The notes under the pieces: generated by a model
The model's database searches: none
Seen by the model: only the letters and a program-made list of their open reading frames with translations
Told to the model about the DNA's origin: nothing
NCBI GenBank assembly: GCA_051294905.1
Contig: CM119383.1
Span: forward strand, 7,874,001-7,938,000
DNA length: 64,000 bases
Direction: 5' to 3'
DNA from: Botryllus schlosseri
Lineage: Eukaryota
Program-made: the position numbers and the translations under genes
Shown: positions 11,705 through 23,726 of the stretch, piece after piece
Layout: every line of letters begins with the position of its first letter
Position numbering within the stretch: position 1 is the stretch's first letter

Positions 11705-14700
11705 ATGGCCGAACGTCTGAAAATCGTAATTACCAAGAGGCGCATTAGCGGCCAGGACGACCAACATAATACCGATAGCGAGATCGACGACTCCCCGCAT
11801 ACCGCACCTAATAGCTCGCCGGTGAAGAGCGAAGAAAATACATTCGAAGAAGCGGAAGACGACGGAAACGACCCGGACGAAACATCACCAAAACCGGACT
11901 CGGAGTGCAGCCAAAACGGCGAAGACTGGTCAGGAAGAACCACTGCTTCGAGAGACATTCTCACCGAAATCACAACAAACCGCAGCAGCGTAAACAGACT
12001 AAGCATCATCGAAAGCCCAGAACTAATGTTCGACGACACGAACCAGACAATGTCACCAAGTAACACCGACAACAACATTGACGTACAGGTCGAACCAAAA
12101 CGGTACGCAATTAGGCGTAAACTTATTGCGTAATAATCAAGTCTTCACGCGATAAACAAATCCGGTTCTAGGAAAGAATCCATTCCGCCCGCACCTAAAA
12201 AACTTTCGAAAATAAACTGGAAACGGGCTGTTCCCAACTCGAGCAAGCAAACGATCAGAACGATGCGCACTGTGCGGTTTGTCAACCGTCTCGCGAGGCT
12301 TCAAAGCATTGCGATGAGATCGCAGGATCGTCAGTCGTACAGCGACGACCCCACTTCTCATGAATGGAGAACATCAGGTATTGACGGAGTTGGTCAACGT
12401 ATAGTAAGGGAGGGAAAAGAGTGATTCGATTCCGAGTATATAGGCTTCGAGTCGAATCGAGTATTCGAGTATCTCTCAATATGATGTCATAACCGCATGG
12501 AAGGTGTGTACGAACATGTACCCCTTATACCAGTGATTCCCATCCGCGGCTCCGAGGTAGCCTGCTTGCGGCTCTAATTGACCTCTAGATATCCCACAAA
12601 ATATAATAGACGGCAGTTGCTATTTGTTTCTATAAATAGCTATAATCAATTTCTGTATATAATGCTAAAATATGGGATTACTTATATCTAAGGCCGTCCA
12701 AGGCGGCTTCTGAAAACCGGGGAAGAGAGTTTTGCAGACTAGCGTCAAAAACGCATGGATGAATATTGAATACCCATCAGACAAGGATATATCTTGAGTT
12801 CTGCTGGTCATAGACCTTTTTATATCGTCTCTATGAAGAGTAAATTTTGACACAACTTTACTAACATCAAGATAACACCTCATAGGCAAGGATAAATTGC
12901 AAAAAAAAAAATTCTTCACGTTTTTCCGTCAACCCCATGAAATTGTTGCGCTGTCTTCAAAAACGGTGCAAAACAAATTTGACTCAATTCCAACCCGTAG
13001 AAGCGGAATTATTTGAGTTTTTCGATGATAATCATAGGATTATGTCATGTCTTTAGTCCAGAAAGTTTCAAAGGTGGTATGCTAAAACAGGCCTAATGCT
13101 ATAAAAAAGTCAGAGTCCACTCTTCCAGATTAGGACACGCCATGGACTGCTAGATTACGATATAAGTAAATGCTAGATTGCGTAACATCAATTTCAAACG
13201 TTATGATGGGCCATAAACTGAGATGAAATATTTCATATGGGCGACAATGCGGTCTGAACGGAACCACGCAACCCGGTACCTAATGAAACCATCGGCTAAT
13301 ATAATTATACTCAACGATACTTTCGTGAAATCATAGGTCACTCCAAATCCACTGTTCGCGAAGCGCGACGACAATTTTCGGCGTTACTCAACTTTCATGA
13401 AAATTAAATGATGATACTCCGCGAAAACAGCCCTCTTCCGGCTATCTTCCTGATTGGAGGATCAAACTACTTAGTAGCGGAACACTACTTGAGTACTTCA
13501 AAAAAGTAGAAGTACGTCGCTACTGACCGCCTCTGTACTCAAGTAGAAGTAATGTCGTAAAATTCTACTCAGTTACAATAAGTAGCAGTAGCGATATCCA
13601 ACACATTCCAGTAGGACACTTCAAGTAGAACTATTTAATATAATGTCTGAAGAGTACTCAAGTAGTTTTGAGAAGTGGATTTAGGTCGAGGTGTCGCATA
13701 CATTCAGCAATAAATCAGTAGTAAATTGGAAATCAGTAGTAAATTGGAAATCAGTTACTGTCGCAGTTGCAAGATACATCTTCACCCAGTATGACAAACC
13801 ACTACGTTCTACTTTACAAAAAAGAAAGTGTATATTAAATGTTTATGTGTCAAAGCTGTTAAGATCTGTAAGCAGTCTGAAAATACCATCACTTCAGATG
13901 GTAGGCTGCTGCAAGTTGGTAAAACCTAATTAGGTACTCCGAAAATGTAAAAGTACTTTGTTACCGACTATTTCTGGGTATATGCCTAACTGTATTCCTA
14001 TATTCATACATAATTCCATTCGTTCTTACATTTAAATGTACATCGACGCATGGCAGCTACTGTTCCCGTTGGTGTTTCTTCCACAACACAAACACACGTC
14101 TTGCTGACATACCTACCTCTAATTGACGCACCGCAAATGATCGCGTCATACCTAACTGTGTTTTAAATATTGCTGCCCAGGCGACACGAAGTTCGGATCG
14201 ACCGCGGTGACCGATTCTGCGACACGGTAAGTTTTCGTAGAATTCAGACCGCCGGACATCGTATAACATCATGTTGTTTTAGGATTGATTCCGCAAGTGA
14301 CATGACAATCAGACCAAAATTCGGCGAAGCTGCACAAGAAAGTGGAAGCGAATGGAGATCAAAGTTGCAGATGCTAAAAGAATGCAGGGGAGGGAAACAA
14401 ATTGGAAGTAACACAACAGGTAAAACAAGTTATAGGCTATTCATTGACGACCATTATTACTACTTTACTACTGATTTTTATACCGCCCACTTGTCTTCGC
14501 AGATACCAATGATATAGTGCAAATTGATTCATCGGGAACAAGTCATTTAACCAGACAGTCCGTCAGCGACCCCATGATCGCTATGGATTACGAGAATCAT
14601 CAGTATCATTCGAAAGACCTCATTCATCCATGTACCAACAAAATCGGCGACAAAAGACCTAAAAACTACCCAAATCAGAAGAAAAGAAGCAACATTACTG

Positions 14701-15344
14701 CCAATTATCCCTTGTGGGAAATCGGAAAATTGCAAGGAAATCGACAAAGCGTGAAAACAAGGTAACATACGAGGTGCCAAATGGAACGGGGCTGATGGTT
14801 CGGGATTGGTTACCAGCTCAATTACCTCGTCAGCAGTAATTTAATATTTATGTGTTATTCCAGATTCATCAATACTGACAATACCTCTCAGCAATGGGAA
14901 AGAGATTTCAGTGGACTGAAACGATATCATCACAATCAACGACAACCTCAAGAGCACGTGATTCAGGAAGAAGAAGCAAAAAGCATCCAGAATTACCCCA
15001 TCAGCGTCAAACAAAGCCTGTCCCAAGATCAACAAAGCGTCATAAGAAATGGCGTGGATCTGAGTGTTCCAGCACCGCCACCTAGCGTAATGCACAAAAG
15101 TACTTACTGGGAAAGCCACTGGATCAGAAAATATATGTTTGAACAACGGCGCGCCAAATTGTCCCTTTATCAGATCAAAAGCAAATCGTTTAAAAAATTA
15201 ATCAGGAGTGCACAGAAACACTATAAAGAAATAAGGGAAATGCATCAGCAAAAGGAAGCTTCCGCCCAGGACACAACGTCGCTGTCAATTCGCTTGCCAT
15301 CGGTTGGCTCTTCCTTTTCTGGTTTACGCAAAGTATTCGAATAA
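11705..15344 (+). CDS. Uncharacterised ~508-aa low-complexity (S/T/D/Q-rich) protein; may instead be a C-terminal extension of the WD40 gene
   Basis: Phase-consistent exons 11705-12102, 12172-12377, 14181-14226, 14283-14419, 14503-14761, 14864-15344 total 1527 nt (509 codons). The stop TAA overlaps AATAAA at 15341-15346. A basic/aromatic motif YWESHWIRKYMFEQRRAKL lies near the C-terminus. Confidence 0.65.
13465..13960. repeat. Decayed MITE with AAGTA(G) subterminal repeats and an 18-bp tandem repeat
   Basis: Repeated aagtag/ctact motifs and a cgctactgaccgcctctg terminus resembling 34514-34913. Tandem aaatcagtagtaaattgg at 13712-13747. Confidence 0.45.
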
Positions 15345-16418
15345 AAGGAGTAGCATAAAACTTCGTCGCATGTCCATTTTATTGCAAATACGCAGCTGTG
15401 TGATCCTGAGGTGTATTCCGGACACCAAACAAGGCGCACTCGTGTAGGGTAGCTGAGTCCGACCTATAACATCCGTCCAATGACTAAATAGGCCTTTTCT
15501 GGGCACGACGAATTGGAAACCCAAGGAGCAGCCTGTACCTGTTACGCACCATTCGCCCTACATTGAGATTGCTTCGTATGATTGCGCCACCAATTCGGAC
15601 TCCCTAACATCTGTACCACACAACCACATTAGCTTCATCGCGACAGCTATCGGCTTTCTCACGATAAAAAGACAGACCACTGACCAATTATCACGGCAAG
15701 TAGCAACAATTCCTTTCACTCTTCGATTGTATTTCATCATAGGCAATCGTAACAAAACAACGAAAGCGAAGCAAAAAACAAGCAGCGACTGGTCTATAGC
15801 TAACAGTGATCAACAAAATCAGCAGCGAGCGGATTATACTATTTGTATGAGGATCCGTTAATGATCAGCATTGTGACCACGTTATAAAAAGCAGCAAACA
15901 CTTGAGCACCTTATTCGAAAGCTTTTTTTTTAATTTTGACTATAAATATAGCCTTAGTACAGAAGTAGTCTTCTCAATGTAATAAAGCAAAATTTTTCTT
16001 CCATCATATATGCACTCAAATCAGCCAAAGTAAGTCTTGGGGCTGTACTGTGTCAATCGGAAGGTTACCAGTACTTTTGTATTCATAACATCGTCAGGGT
16101 GGTATCGCTGGTTAATTCTACGAGATAGTGGCACATTAATCAGCTCTTGGAACGATCACAATCACATCACACTCTCACCAGGTAGCCGATGTTGATGTGC
16201 AATCCATATTAGTGCGGGTACAGCAAAGTGAGCAGTAACTAGAAAAATGGCATATGCGAAGTAATATTACACTTGTATAAACGAAAATTAACCTATTCTA
16301 CTAGCACACTAGAACATATTACTGAGACACAATAAAAAGTGTTGACGGGATTGCATTACATCTAAGCGTAGCATCATCTCAAAGCTTCAATCGTCAGGAA
16401 TTGTCAAAGGGTGAAAGT

Positions 16419-18399
16419 TTAATCGCGGAAACGACACTGCATAAACTTCTCTGCATCCTCAACGTACCCGAATTTTTGATAGAAATCGATATTTTCCACA
16501 GTGCATTCTAACGTCGTCTTATAGCAACCCAGCTTTTTACTCAGGGCTGTGACAACTGCGAGAATTCTGAAACAGAACGATCTTGATCATATCGTGTTGA
16601 ATAGTGTAGCCAAGAGCGCAATACTCACAAACAACCAAGCTTTCTGCCACGGTATGCTTTATCCACAACAACTTCTTCAACGCGTCCCCTCTAAAAAAAG
16701 TATTCCAGTTAACCACATACAGTTATTTAGGGGGAATTAACCTTCTGGTATATATACTCCTAACACTAGACAGTAGACATCAGCATGATCTTTCAAATTT
16801 ATTGAAACGAAAAGATGGTTTCACATCCGTGTAACTTTCAATTCATTTCGATAGCATGGCTCGTAATGAAATATGGTAGGCTATGGTGCACACGATATTG
16901 AACAGGAACTGAACTGCGACTACATTATGTGTTGGGTACTGCTCATAATTGATCAATATTTACATTGAGGTGTGCCCCGGAAAAGGTATATACCCGAAAG
17001 CAAACATCTCATCACGCTGTCAGACACTGCATCAATCAATAATTGCGTCAATATGGCCCAGGAATGTATCCGTTGAACGCAAACATACGAAACCATATCT
17101 GGCCTAAACCACCAGACAGATATCAGTAAAGAAGAATGGAGTAGGCCTGCTGTAACCATAGTAGATCATGCCAAATTTCGATACCATGACTTGAGACTTT
17201 CACTTACCGTTGCACAAGAATGAATAAACTTCTGCTCCACAATCATTGTACCAGTAGCAACGATTCTACCACGGCCAGAGTCCGCTTCAGTGTCTTCCAC
17301 TACCAGAGGATAATAGTCGCCCACCTTCTTCATGCAAGCGAAACGATCTGTAAAATAATCCACATCACTTACAAAACTGTAACAATGGTGCAGGTCCTAA
17401 ATTAGCATGAACGGAAGAGTAATGAAGTAACCGTATTTCATATATAACTGCAGGCATGTTTACAATGATCACCAATTCACCATCTCGACTCAATATACAC
17501 AATATCAGGATTAAAACAATTGCATTGTGACAGTGCATAGTAGGCCAACAAGGACAATTTTTGTCTATGTTCAGTCAATTACTAGCACAATCAAAATTCA
17601 CTAGATGAGATTACCTTCACAGCCTCATCTCTAGAAAATACAAACGCAAATACACTTCAAAATGCAGCATAGTGCGGTCCTCTGAACATGTACATAATGC
17701 AATTGGCATAAGGTAGTAAACAATATTCGATAAAATTTCAAAATGGTGGTACTTCACATTCTAAATCGTCAAGGCAGAGATTCAATTACACTACAAAATG
17801 AAGCATTGTGCCTCTGAAACTATGAATCCCAAAAATGGCAAAGACTACAGTCTTTAAAAAAGAAATATAGCCTACCATTTTCTATTTAAACCAACATCAG
17901 TAAATTACACACAAATTTTAACAAGTTAGTATACATTTGGCCTAGATTCGCAACAGAAGATTGGTGACATCAGCAAAAATCAAGGTGAGGTGAAAAATAA
18001 GGATCGGTGGGCCATACCTTGGTAAGATTCTTCCGTGACATCACCTGCGCGAGTTAACTGATTCAGAACATCAACCAGACCTGAAAACAATAGATGGTTG
18101 ATTGATGGCCAGTTGGTTGGCAATAATTGCTCAGGTTGACAAATGAATTACAGTCTACATTGTCACAGTGGAACCAAATGGTATTGGAAAACAAATATCA
18201 CAATCACACCACTATTTAATACAAGCAAACCTTTTTGGAAGTCTTTTGTAGACAGTGGTCGGAGAATTAAACCTTCATCTGGCCTGAGATAGGAAGAAGA
18301 GTCGTCTTTTGATATGGAAATTCCATATTGACCAACATCCAGATCTTTTAACAGAATGGCATCAAACATGCTCACAACACTATCATCACTAGAACTCAT
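16419..18399 (-). CDS. GNPNAT1: Glucosamine-6-phosphate N-acetyltransferase (GNAT family), 193 aa
   Basis: Exons 18399-18231, 18080-18018, 17347-17208, 16690-16629, 16566-16419 (582 nt). Motifs [69 protein letters not shown]. Confidence 0.96.
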
Positions 18400-19396
18400 T
18401 TTAAACTTCAAATTTGAGATATAACACCTGATAGCAAAATAAAAATGATAGAAATGTGTAAGTAGATATATTACTAGTACCAGAAACAACAACACAACAG
18501 TACAAGGCTTCATCACAGCATGTGATATAATGTTGCAGTCCACTGCTCACGTACAGTAGGCTGGACAAGAAATTGTCAAAATCTTATGTTGACGGATGGA
18601 ACAATTTCACAACTATATTGAACATAACTTTCAGCAGAAATGATATTCTTACATACTGTTTGAACTTTGAAATATTCTAACTTGCTAAAATATCATCCGA
18701 GAGCGGCTGGTAAATCGCAAAAACAGGTCATACAGGCACTGTACAGCTCTGAACTATCTAGCAAGCTAGTAGCTATCACTGGTCAGTGGTCACATACGTA
18801 TAGTAGCCAGTAGCCACACTGGTGCAGGCGTTCGCATTAGCATAGATTCAGCAAAATATCAAAATGATTTGTAATGGTCTGGATTTCGATTCATAGTGGC
18901 AATTGGCTATGCACCAAAATGTGTATAAAGCAGTCAAGAAAGCTTTCACATCCGACATATCTGTGATACAACACATGGACACTCGGTGAATCGAAGAATT
19001 CAGATTGATCAAGAATGATCGATTACAAATACTTTCATAATGAATCTATTCAATGTGAGATTCCACCAATCGATAAGCATATAATTCACAGTTTGTTCAG
19101 GCTAATAAATCCATTACAAGAGGTAATTTCCTGTTCTTGATTGACCTTGTATACATGCCAATGTAATTATCATCTAGGCGCCATTTATGCCCAAACATAA
19201 CAATCTTGAGACAACCATACTAAACAGGAAAAAATATGAGTAAAAGCTTAAAAGCATGGGGTTGTGAATGCATTTAAAATATATTCAATTAACTGCATAA
19301 TGATTCAACATTTACACGATAAAAACTTGCGCAAGTACACAAACAAACACCGATCATTAAAGCACAACTATTAGGCAGATTGTTACACAATAGAAG

Positions 19397-19909
19397 TTAT
19401 AAATTAGATCTTGTTTCATCCTCCTCCTCATTTATTGCATTGGAATGGTTGGATGTGAAAAAATCGTGATGTAAATAAGACTTAGACTCGGGAAGATCTA
19501 ACATCTTTTTTGCGAATTCGATATCACCCTCAATGGCAGACACCAACTCCTCTAGCGAGTTGAAGTTAAGTTCAGGACGAATATATCCAATAATCACTAC
19601 TGCTAGTTCTTGATCATAAAAGTCTGAATCGAATTCGTGAATCAAGTGCGTCTCCATCGATTTTTTCGTGTTGTTGTAGTAAGGGTTCCACCCGATACTC
19701 ATTACCATTTTGTAGATTGATCCACCATTGACTTGGCCGTAACCGTAGTATACTCCAGCCGATATATCAGAAGGGAGGTCTTCCACCACTGATTCTGGGT
19801 AGTTCGCAGTAGGAATACCCAACTCTTTGCTTCCTCTTCCGAAACCTTTCACTACCAATCCCCTGGTGAAGAATGGAAGAGATGCCACCTTCGTTGTACC
19901 ATTCATCAT
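19397..19909 (-). CDS. RFK: Riboflavin kinase, intronless, 170 aa
   Basis: LPFFTRGLVVKGFGRGSKELGIPTAN, GVYYGY, MVMSIGWNPYY, SMETHLIHEFDSDFY, GYIRPELNF are the signature motifs of the eukaryotic monofunctional flavokinase. Confidence 0.98.
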   Translation of the reverse strand: MMNGTTKVASLPFFTRGLVVKGFGRGSKELGIPTANYPESVVEDLPSDISAGVYYGYGQVNGGSIYKMVMSIGWNPYYNNTKKSMETHLIHEFDSDFYDQELAVVIIGYIRPELNFNSLEELVSAIEGDIEFAKKMLDLPESKSYLHHDFFTSNHSNAINEEEDETRSNL

Positions 19910-20478
19910 AATACGATGCGCTCGATAAAATTTTCCACTATAGTATGTACGTACACGAGCAAGTGCTTGTGAGTGCGTGCATTAAATAACGGCACCGCAA
20001 TCCCCAATCAATTCACGCGTTTTCTTGGTTCCGAGAACTGAACGATGTCGTGAATTAGAAATGTCCTCCTTGCCGTGTCATCATTACCCATTCTACCGGT
20101 AAGTCTGGTGTTGCGCAATCAGCTAGAATACGCGATCATGCGTCGCGTCAGATTTTAAAACATTTTCTCTCGATCTGGGCGTAACGTGGCTACGTTGTAA
20201 ATTGCTATGATCTGGGCTGCCGGCCTGGTCATCTAAAATCCGGCGCAAATAAGTAGAGATAAAGTTACCACCACCCGCATTAGCGCGTACCTCCTTACAA
20301 AACCTAGAACGAAAATTGGCGCTGCTACCAACTCAGCACTGGTGTAAAGTAACTGTCGGTGTCGAAACGTCAGGTAACCTTGCTGATAAGCACTCCTATG
20401 TATGCGTCGTTTGTTCGTTTATAGAAATATGAGCTCGGAACATCACACCAAAGACGCCTGGTACCTGCAGTGTACCAA

Positions 20479-20964
20479 TGACTCGAGTCACGATTTTCTG
20501 ATCACTCGACTTGACTCGAGTCATTTTTTTTCAAAATATGGAAATGACTCGAGTCATTGCGCATGACTTGAACAAAGTCATATGACTCGAGAGTCAGACG
20601 GCCAAGACCGACATTTCATTGTAATTTCGAAGAATAGTAAAGTAGCCACACTATTGGGATTTCGTCTATTGGTACTGGTACTTGAAAATCCGACCAGAAA
20701 CTGCTAAAAGTGAGGAAAATTGGTATATTATAAATGCGAAACATTCGAAATCACCAAACAGAGTTATAAAATGTCGGTTTAACAAGACTAACAGGAAATT
20801 GAGCAGTCAACACAATGACTTGAACTCGAGCCATATCACCATGACTCAGACTCGACCCTCTGACTTGGACTTGACTCAGTGGTGAATTGAAAATGACTCG
20901 AGTCAAAACTATAAAAGTGAGATTGGCTTGTGACTCGAAGCATTGTGACTTGGTTACAGCCCTG
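20479..20964 (+). mobile_element. hAT MITE family B (GACTCGAGTC-rich), left TIR deleted
   Basis: Right end GACTTGGTTACAGCCCTG followed by gtaccaag. The left flank gtaccaa (20472-20478) joins directly to internal tgactcgag. Homologous to 32704-33259 and 47685-48201. Confidence 0.85.
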
Positions 20965-21008
20965 GTACCAAGTCCACGAATTGGATTAATCATCGCCAGT
21001 GGGAGAGG

Positions 21009-21800
21009 ATGCTACTCTCATCAGACGGAAATGAGGAACTGCTAGCTACAAAAATTGATTCAGTCGTGAGAACAATAAAAGATGTTTATATCCATCTACC
21101 TTGGATTGGCCCCATTTCCACCCGTTTTGAAAAACAATTGATTTCTGCTGTCGGTAAATGTTACGATACAGTCAAAACCAATGTGATTTTTACAACAACA
21201 CAACTGCTCCCTTCAACACGCAAAGACGTGCTTCCTGCACTTCAACAAAGTAATGTAGTGTACGAATATAGGTGCCACTGTGATTGTGGCTACGTGGGAA
21301 GAACGTCAAGACGTCTGCAGGACCGCATAAACCAACATGTCCCCAGATTTATCAGAACACGTGCGTCACGCGATGTGAAAAGCTCACCCTTAACTCATCC
21401 ACTCAAGATTGATGCTGATCGATCAAAAGCCATTAATTCTGCCATCGGCAAACATCTGTTGGATAATCCGATTTGTGCGAATAATTATCGAGACGACCGA
21501 TTTCGAGTCGTAGGTCGAGGCCGTTCACAATTCCATTTGTGTGCCTTGGAATCAACTTTTATCAAAATACACCAACCAAAACTCTGTCAACAAAAGGAGT
21601 TCGTGTATCACCTAAAAATAGTACATTGAACGCTCTCTCATTCGAAATTTCATGCTGGTGACGTCATATTTTGTGATACGATTGTTGATAGACAATGTTC
21701 TTTCCAATTCTCTACTAGTTGCTGACGATTACCCCTGACGAGTGTCAGCCGAAAATATTCGGGTTCATTTCAATATGAATATACTATTTAATTGTATATT
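21009..21800 (+). mobile_element. Penelope-like retroelement 3' remnant: GIY-YIG endonuclease ORF (21009-21629) plus 3' UTR/pLTR
   Basis: IHLPWIGPIS..., SNVVYEYRCHCDCGYVGRTSRRLQDRINQH, SAIGKHL, LESTFIKIHQPKLCQQ match the PLE C-terminal GIY-YIG with its Cys-x-Cys/His motif. The RT domain is absent. Confidence 0.9.
21731..21764 (+). ncRNA. Minimal type-I hammerhead ribozyme motif (PLE-associated)
   Basis: ACCC-CUGACGA-G(UGUCAGC)C-GAAA-AUAU-UC-GGGU. Helix I is ACCC/GGGU, the core CUGANGA and GAAA are intact, loop III is the palindrome AUAU, and UC is the cleavage site. Helix II is reduced to one G-C pair. Confidence 0.6.
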
Positions 21801-22457
21801 GAAGTTCTGTACCTCCAAGAAGCTCTTCGTGAGAATGTGGTAACCAGGATTTACTTTTGTCGTTTACCTGAACTTTACCATCGAAATTATCAAAATGTCA
21901 GTCGGGTAGATCCACCCGCTGAATACCTATCACCAAGCAAATCACGTCATTTGGCCACGGACGCTGCACACCGAGTTCATTGGCCATTGTCACGTTCACC
22001 AGCGGCAGCTTCTGCCTCACTACATGCAAATATCTGGCTATATTTTCGTATTCGGCACTTTTGAATTACGAAGTCGTTTGAGTTTATAATGTCGGATGGA
22101 TCTTTGACGTCACGTCTCACGTCATTGCTCAAAATTGTCACACCTCGAATTCTCAACCAATATCCAATTTTCTGCAGTTAATGTTTATGGCTGAGAGACG
22201 ATCCGTTGATTATGACTCATGGAAACTAAAGATTTTTGGAGAAGGGAACAGTCATTTCAAATTGAAGTTTCACTCATATATTCGTGAATCTTTCCAAACA
22301 CCAATCAAACTATTGATTACTAAACCACGGTATGGGATTGATTTCAATCACGATTTCAAGCCAGTTTCGTGTTTATAACTGAAACAAACGGAACACTTCT
22401 TCCCACTGAACGATGTAATATATAATACTATTATTACTGCAATGAGAATATTTTTAT

Positions 22458-23717
22458 TCAAGGATGGGACAATTTATCTATCGCTTCATCATATTCGGCA
22501 GCTACTCTCTTCAAGGATTGATCCAAATGTTCATTCAACTTATTCAACATGTCTGTATGGCCACCAGGACTTGACAACTTCTCCAGATGCGATTCGTAAG
22601 TTTTGAAACTGCTGAGAAACTGCTTCAGGTTAACATCATGTTGGTTTTCCTTCAAATTCCTCCAAGATTGCATTAGTCCCGCGATGGGATTGCAAATGCC
22701 GTCAACAGCGCTTTCTTTCCATGCTTGATAATCAGTCCATACGTTGTGTGAAAACTGCAGCATGAACTGTAACTGGATCCGTTGCACAGCCTTGTTGTAT
22801 TCCAATTGCCTCCGCAACAGATTGATGTTGTCATTCTGACATTGAGTTACATGATCATGGGCGCGAATCATCTCCGTTATCTTTGAACGGATCACAGAGT
22901 TTTTTTGCAACGAAGATGGCAATGATTTTATGATTTTGTCGAACTTCAATGCTCCAAAATCATCTGCTATTCTCACCTTGGACCAAGGAGCAGATGGCTG
23001 TAAAAGGGACAAGGCAACTAGTTCGTCTGAGCAATGTTCCAATGCAGTGACACATTTCTCAGATTCTTCACCGAATTTTTTAACCCACGGACTGCATAAA
23101 TATTTGCTGATATCAGCATTATTTATATCAGTGTTGAATCCGTGCGACTGCATTAGCAGGTTCAACGATATCAATTGCTTGCGCAATTGCGAAAGTTCTT
23201 GTTCCAGGTAGGAAAGATACTTGGTGTTCAAATTTTCTGGTCTCATTTTGAAGAGATCCATACAGTCTAAAGGTGCATGAGATTTTAGAAATTTAGTGCC
23301 GCTCATGAGAGATGGTAAGCGCAGATTATCGGATGATTCCAGTTGAGATTGCTTGAACAAAGAATTTTTCATTTTTCGTAGACTACCCAAGTATGCCATG
23401 AGTTGTGATCTTTTGACAGACACGTCGGGACCAGGCTTCTTTTCGGCGATTAAAGACTGAAATATTGTTATTATCTGTTGTAATTGGCTTTCAATCTCTG
23501 TCAAAACGGAGGCTCGGTTTGATTGAGCTTGTGATAGCAACATGCATTGTCTTTCCAACTGATAATTTTGCGCTTTCAGCATGAACGATCTTCTCTGATC
23601 AGGATTTTCCATACCCGCTTCGCTGTTCAAGTTTTGAAATAAGTCCCTCAAAGTTTGCAATTCTTCCTCTAGAAACTTATTCTTTTCCACCAGTTCTTGC
23701 AATGTGGTTTCAGCCAT
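22458..23717 (-). CDS. Intronless 419-aa predicted coiled-coil protein of unknown function
   Basis: Long uninterrupted ORF with a good ATG context (atcATGG) and heptad-like Leu/Gln/Glu pattern (LKAQNYQLERQCMLLSQ). The stop TGA overlaps AATAAA (minus strand 22458-22453). Confidence 0.85.
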   Translation of the reverse strand: MAETTLQELVEKNKFLEEELQTLRDLFQNLNSEAGMENPDQRRSFMLKAQNYQLERQCMLLSQAQSNRASVLTEIESQLQQIITIFQSLIAEKKPGPDVSVKRSQLMAYLGSLRKMKNSLFKQSQLESSDNLRLPSLMSGTKFLKSHAPLDCMDLFKMRPENLNTKYLSYLEQELSQLRKQLISLNLLMQSHGFNTDINNADISKYLCSPWVKKFGEESEKCVTALEHCSDELVALSLLQPSAPWSKVRIADDFGALKFDKIIKSLPSSLQKNSVIRSKITEMIRAHDHVTQCQNDNINLLRRQLEYNKAVQRIQLQFMLQFSHNVWTDYQAWKESAVDGICNPIAGLMQSWRNLKENQHDVNLKQFLSSFKTYESHLEKLSSPGGHTDMLNKLNEHLDQSLKRVAAEYDEAIDKLSHP

Positions 23718-23726
23718 GATGTACAG

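Noticed and set aside
20334-20395. Second hammerhead-like motif (CTGGTGT...GAAACGTC aggtaaccttgctg)
   Set aside because: The core reads CUGGUGU rather than CUGANGA, helix II is poor and the 5' strand of helix I is largely missing. At most a dead relic.
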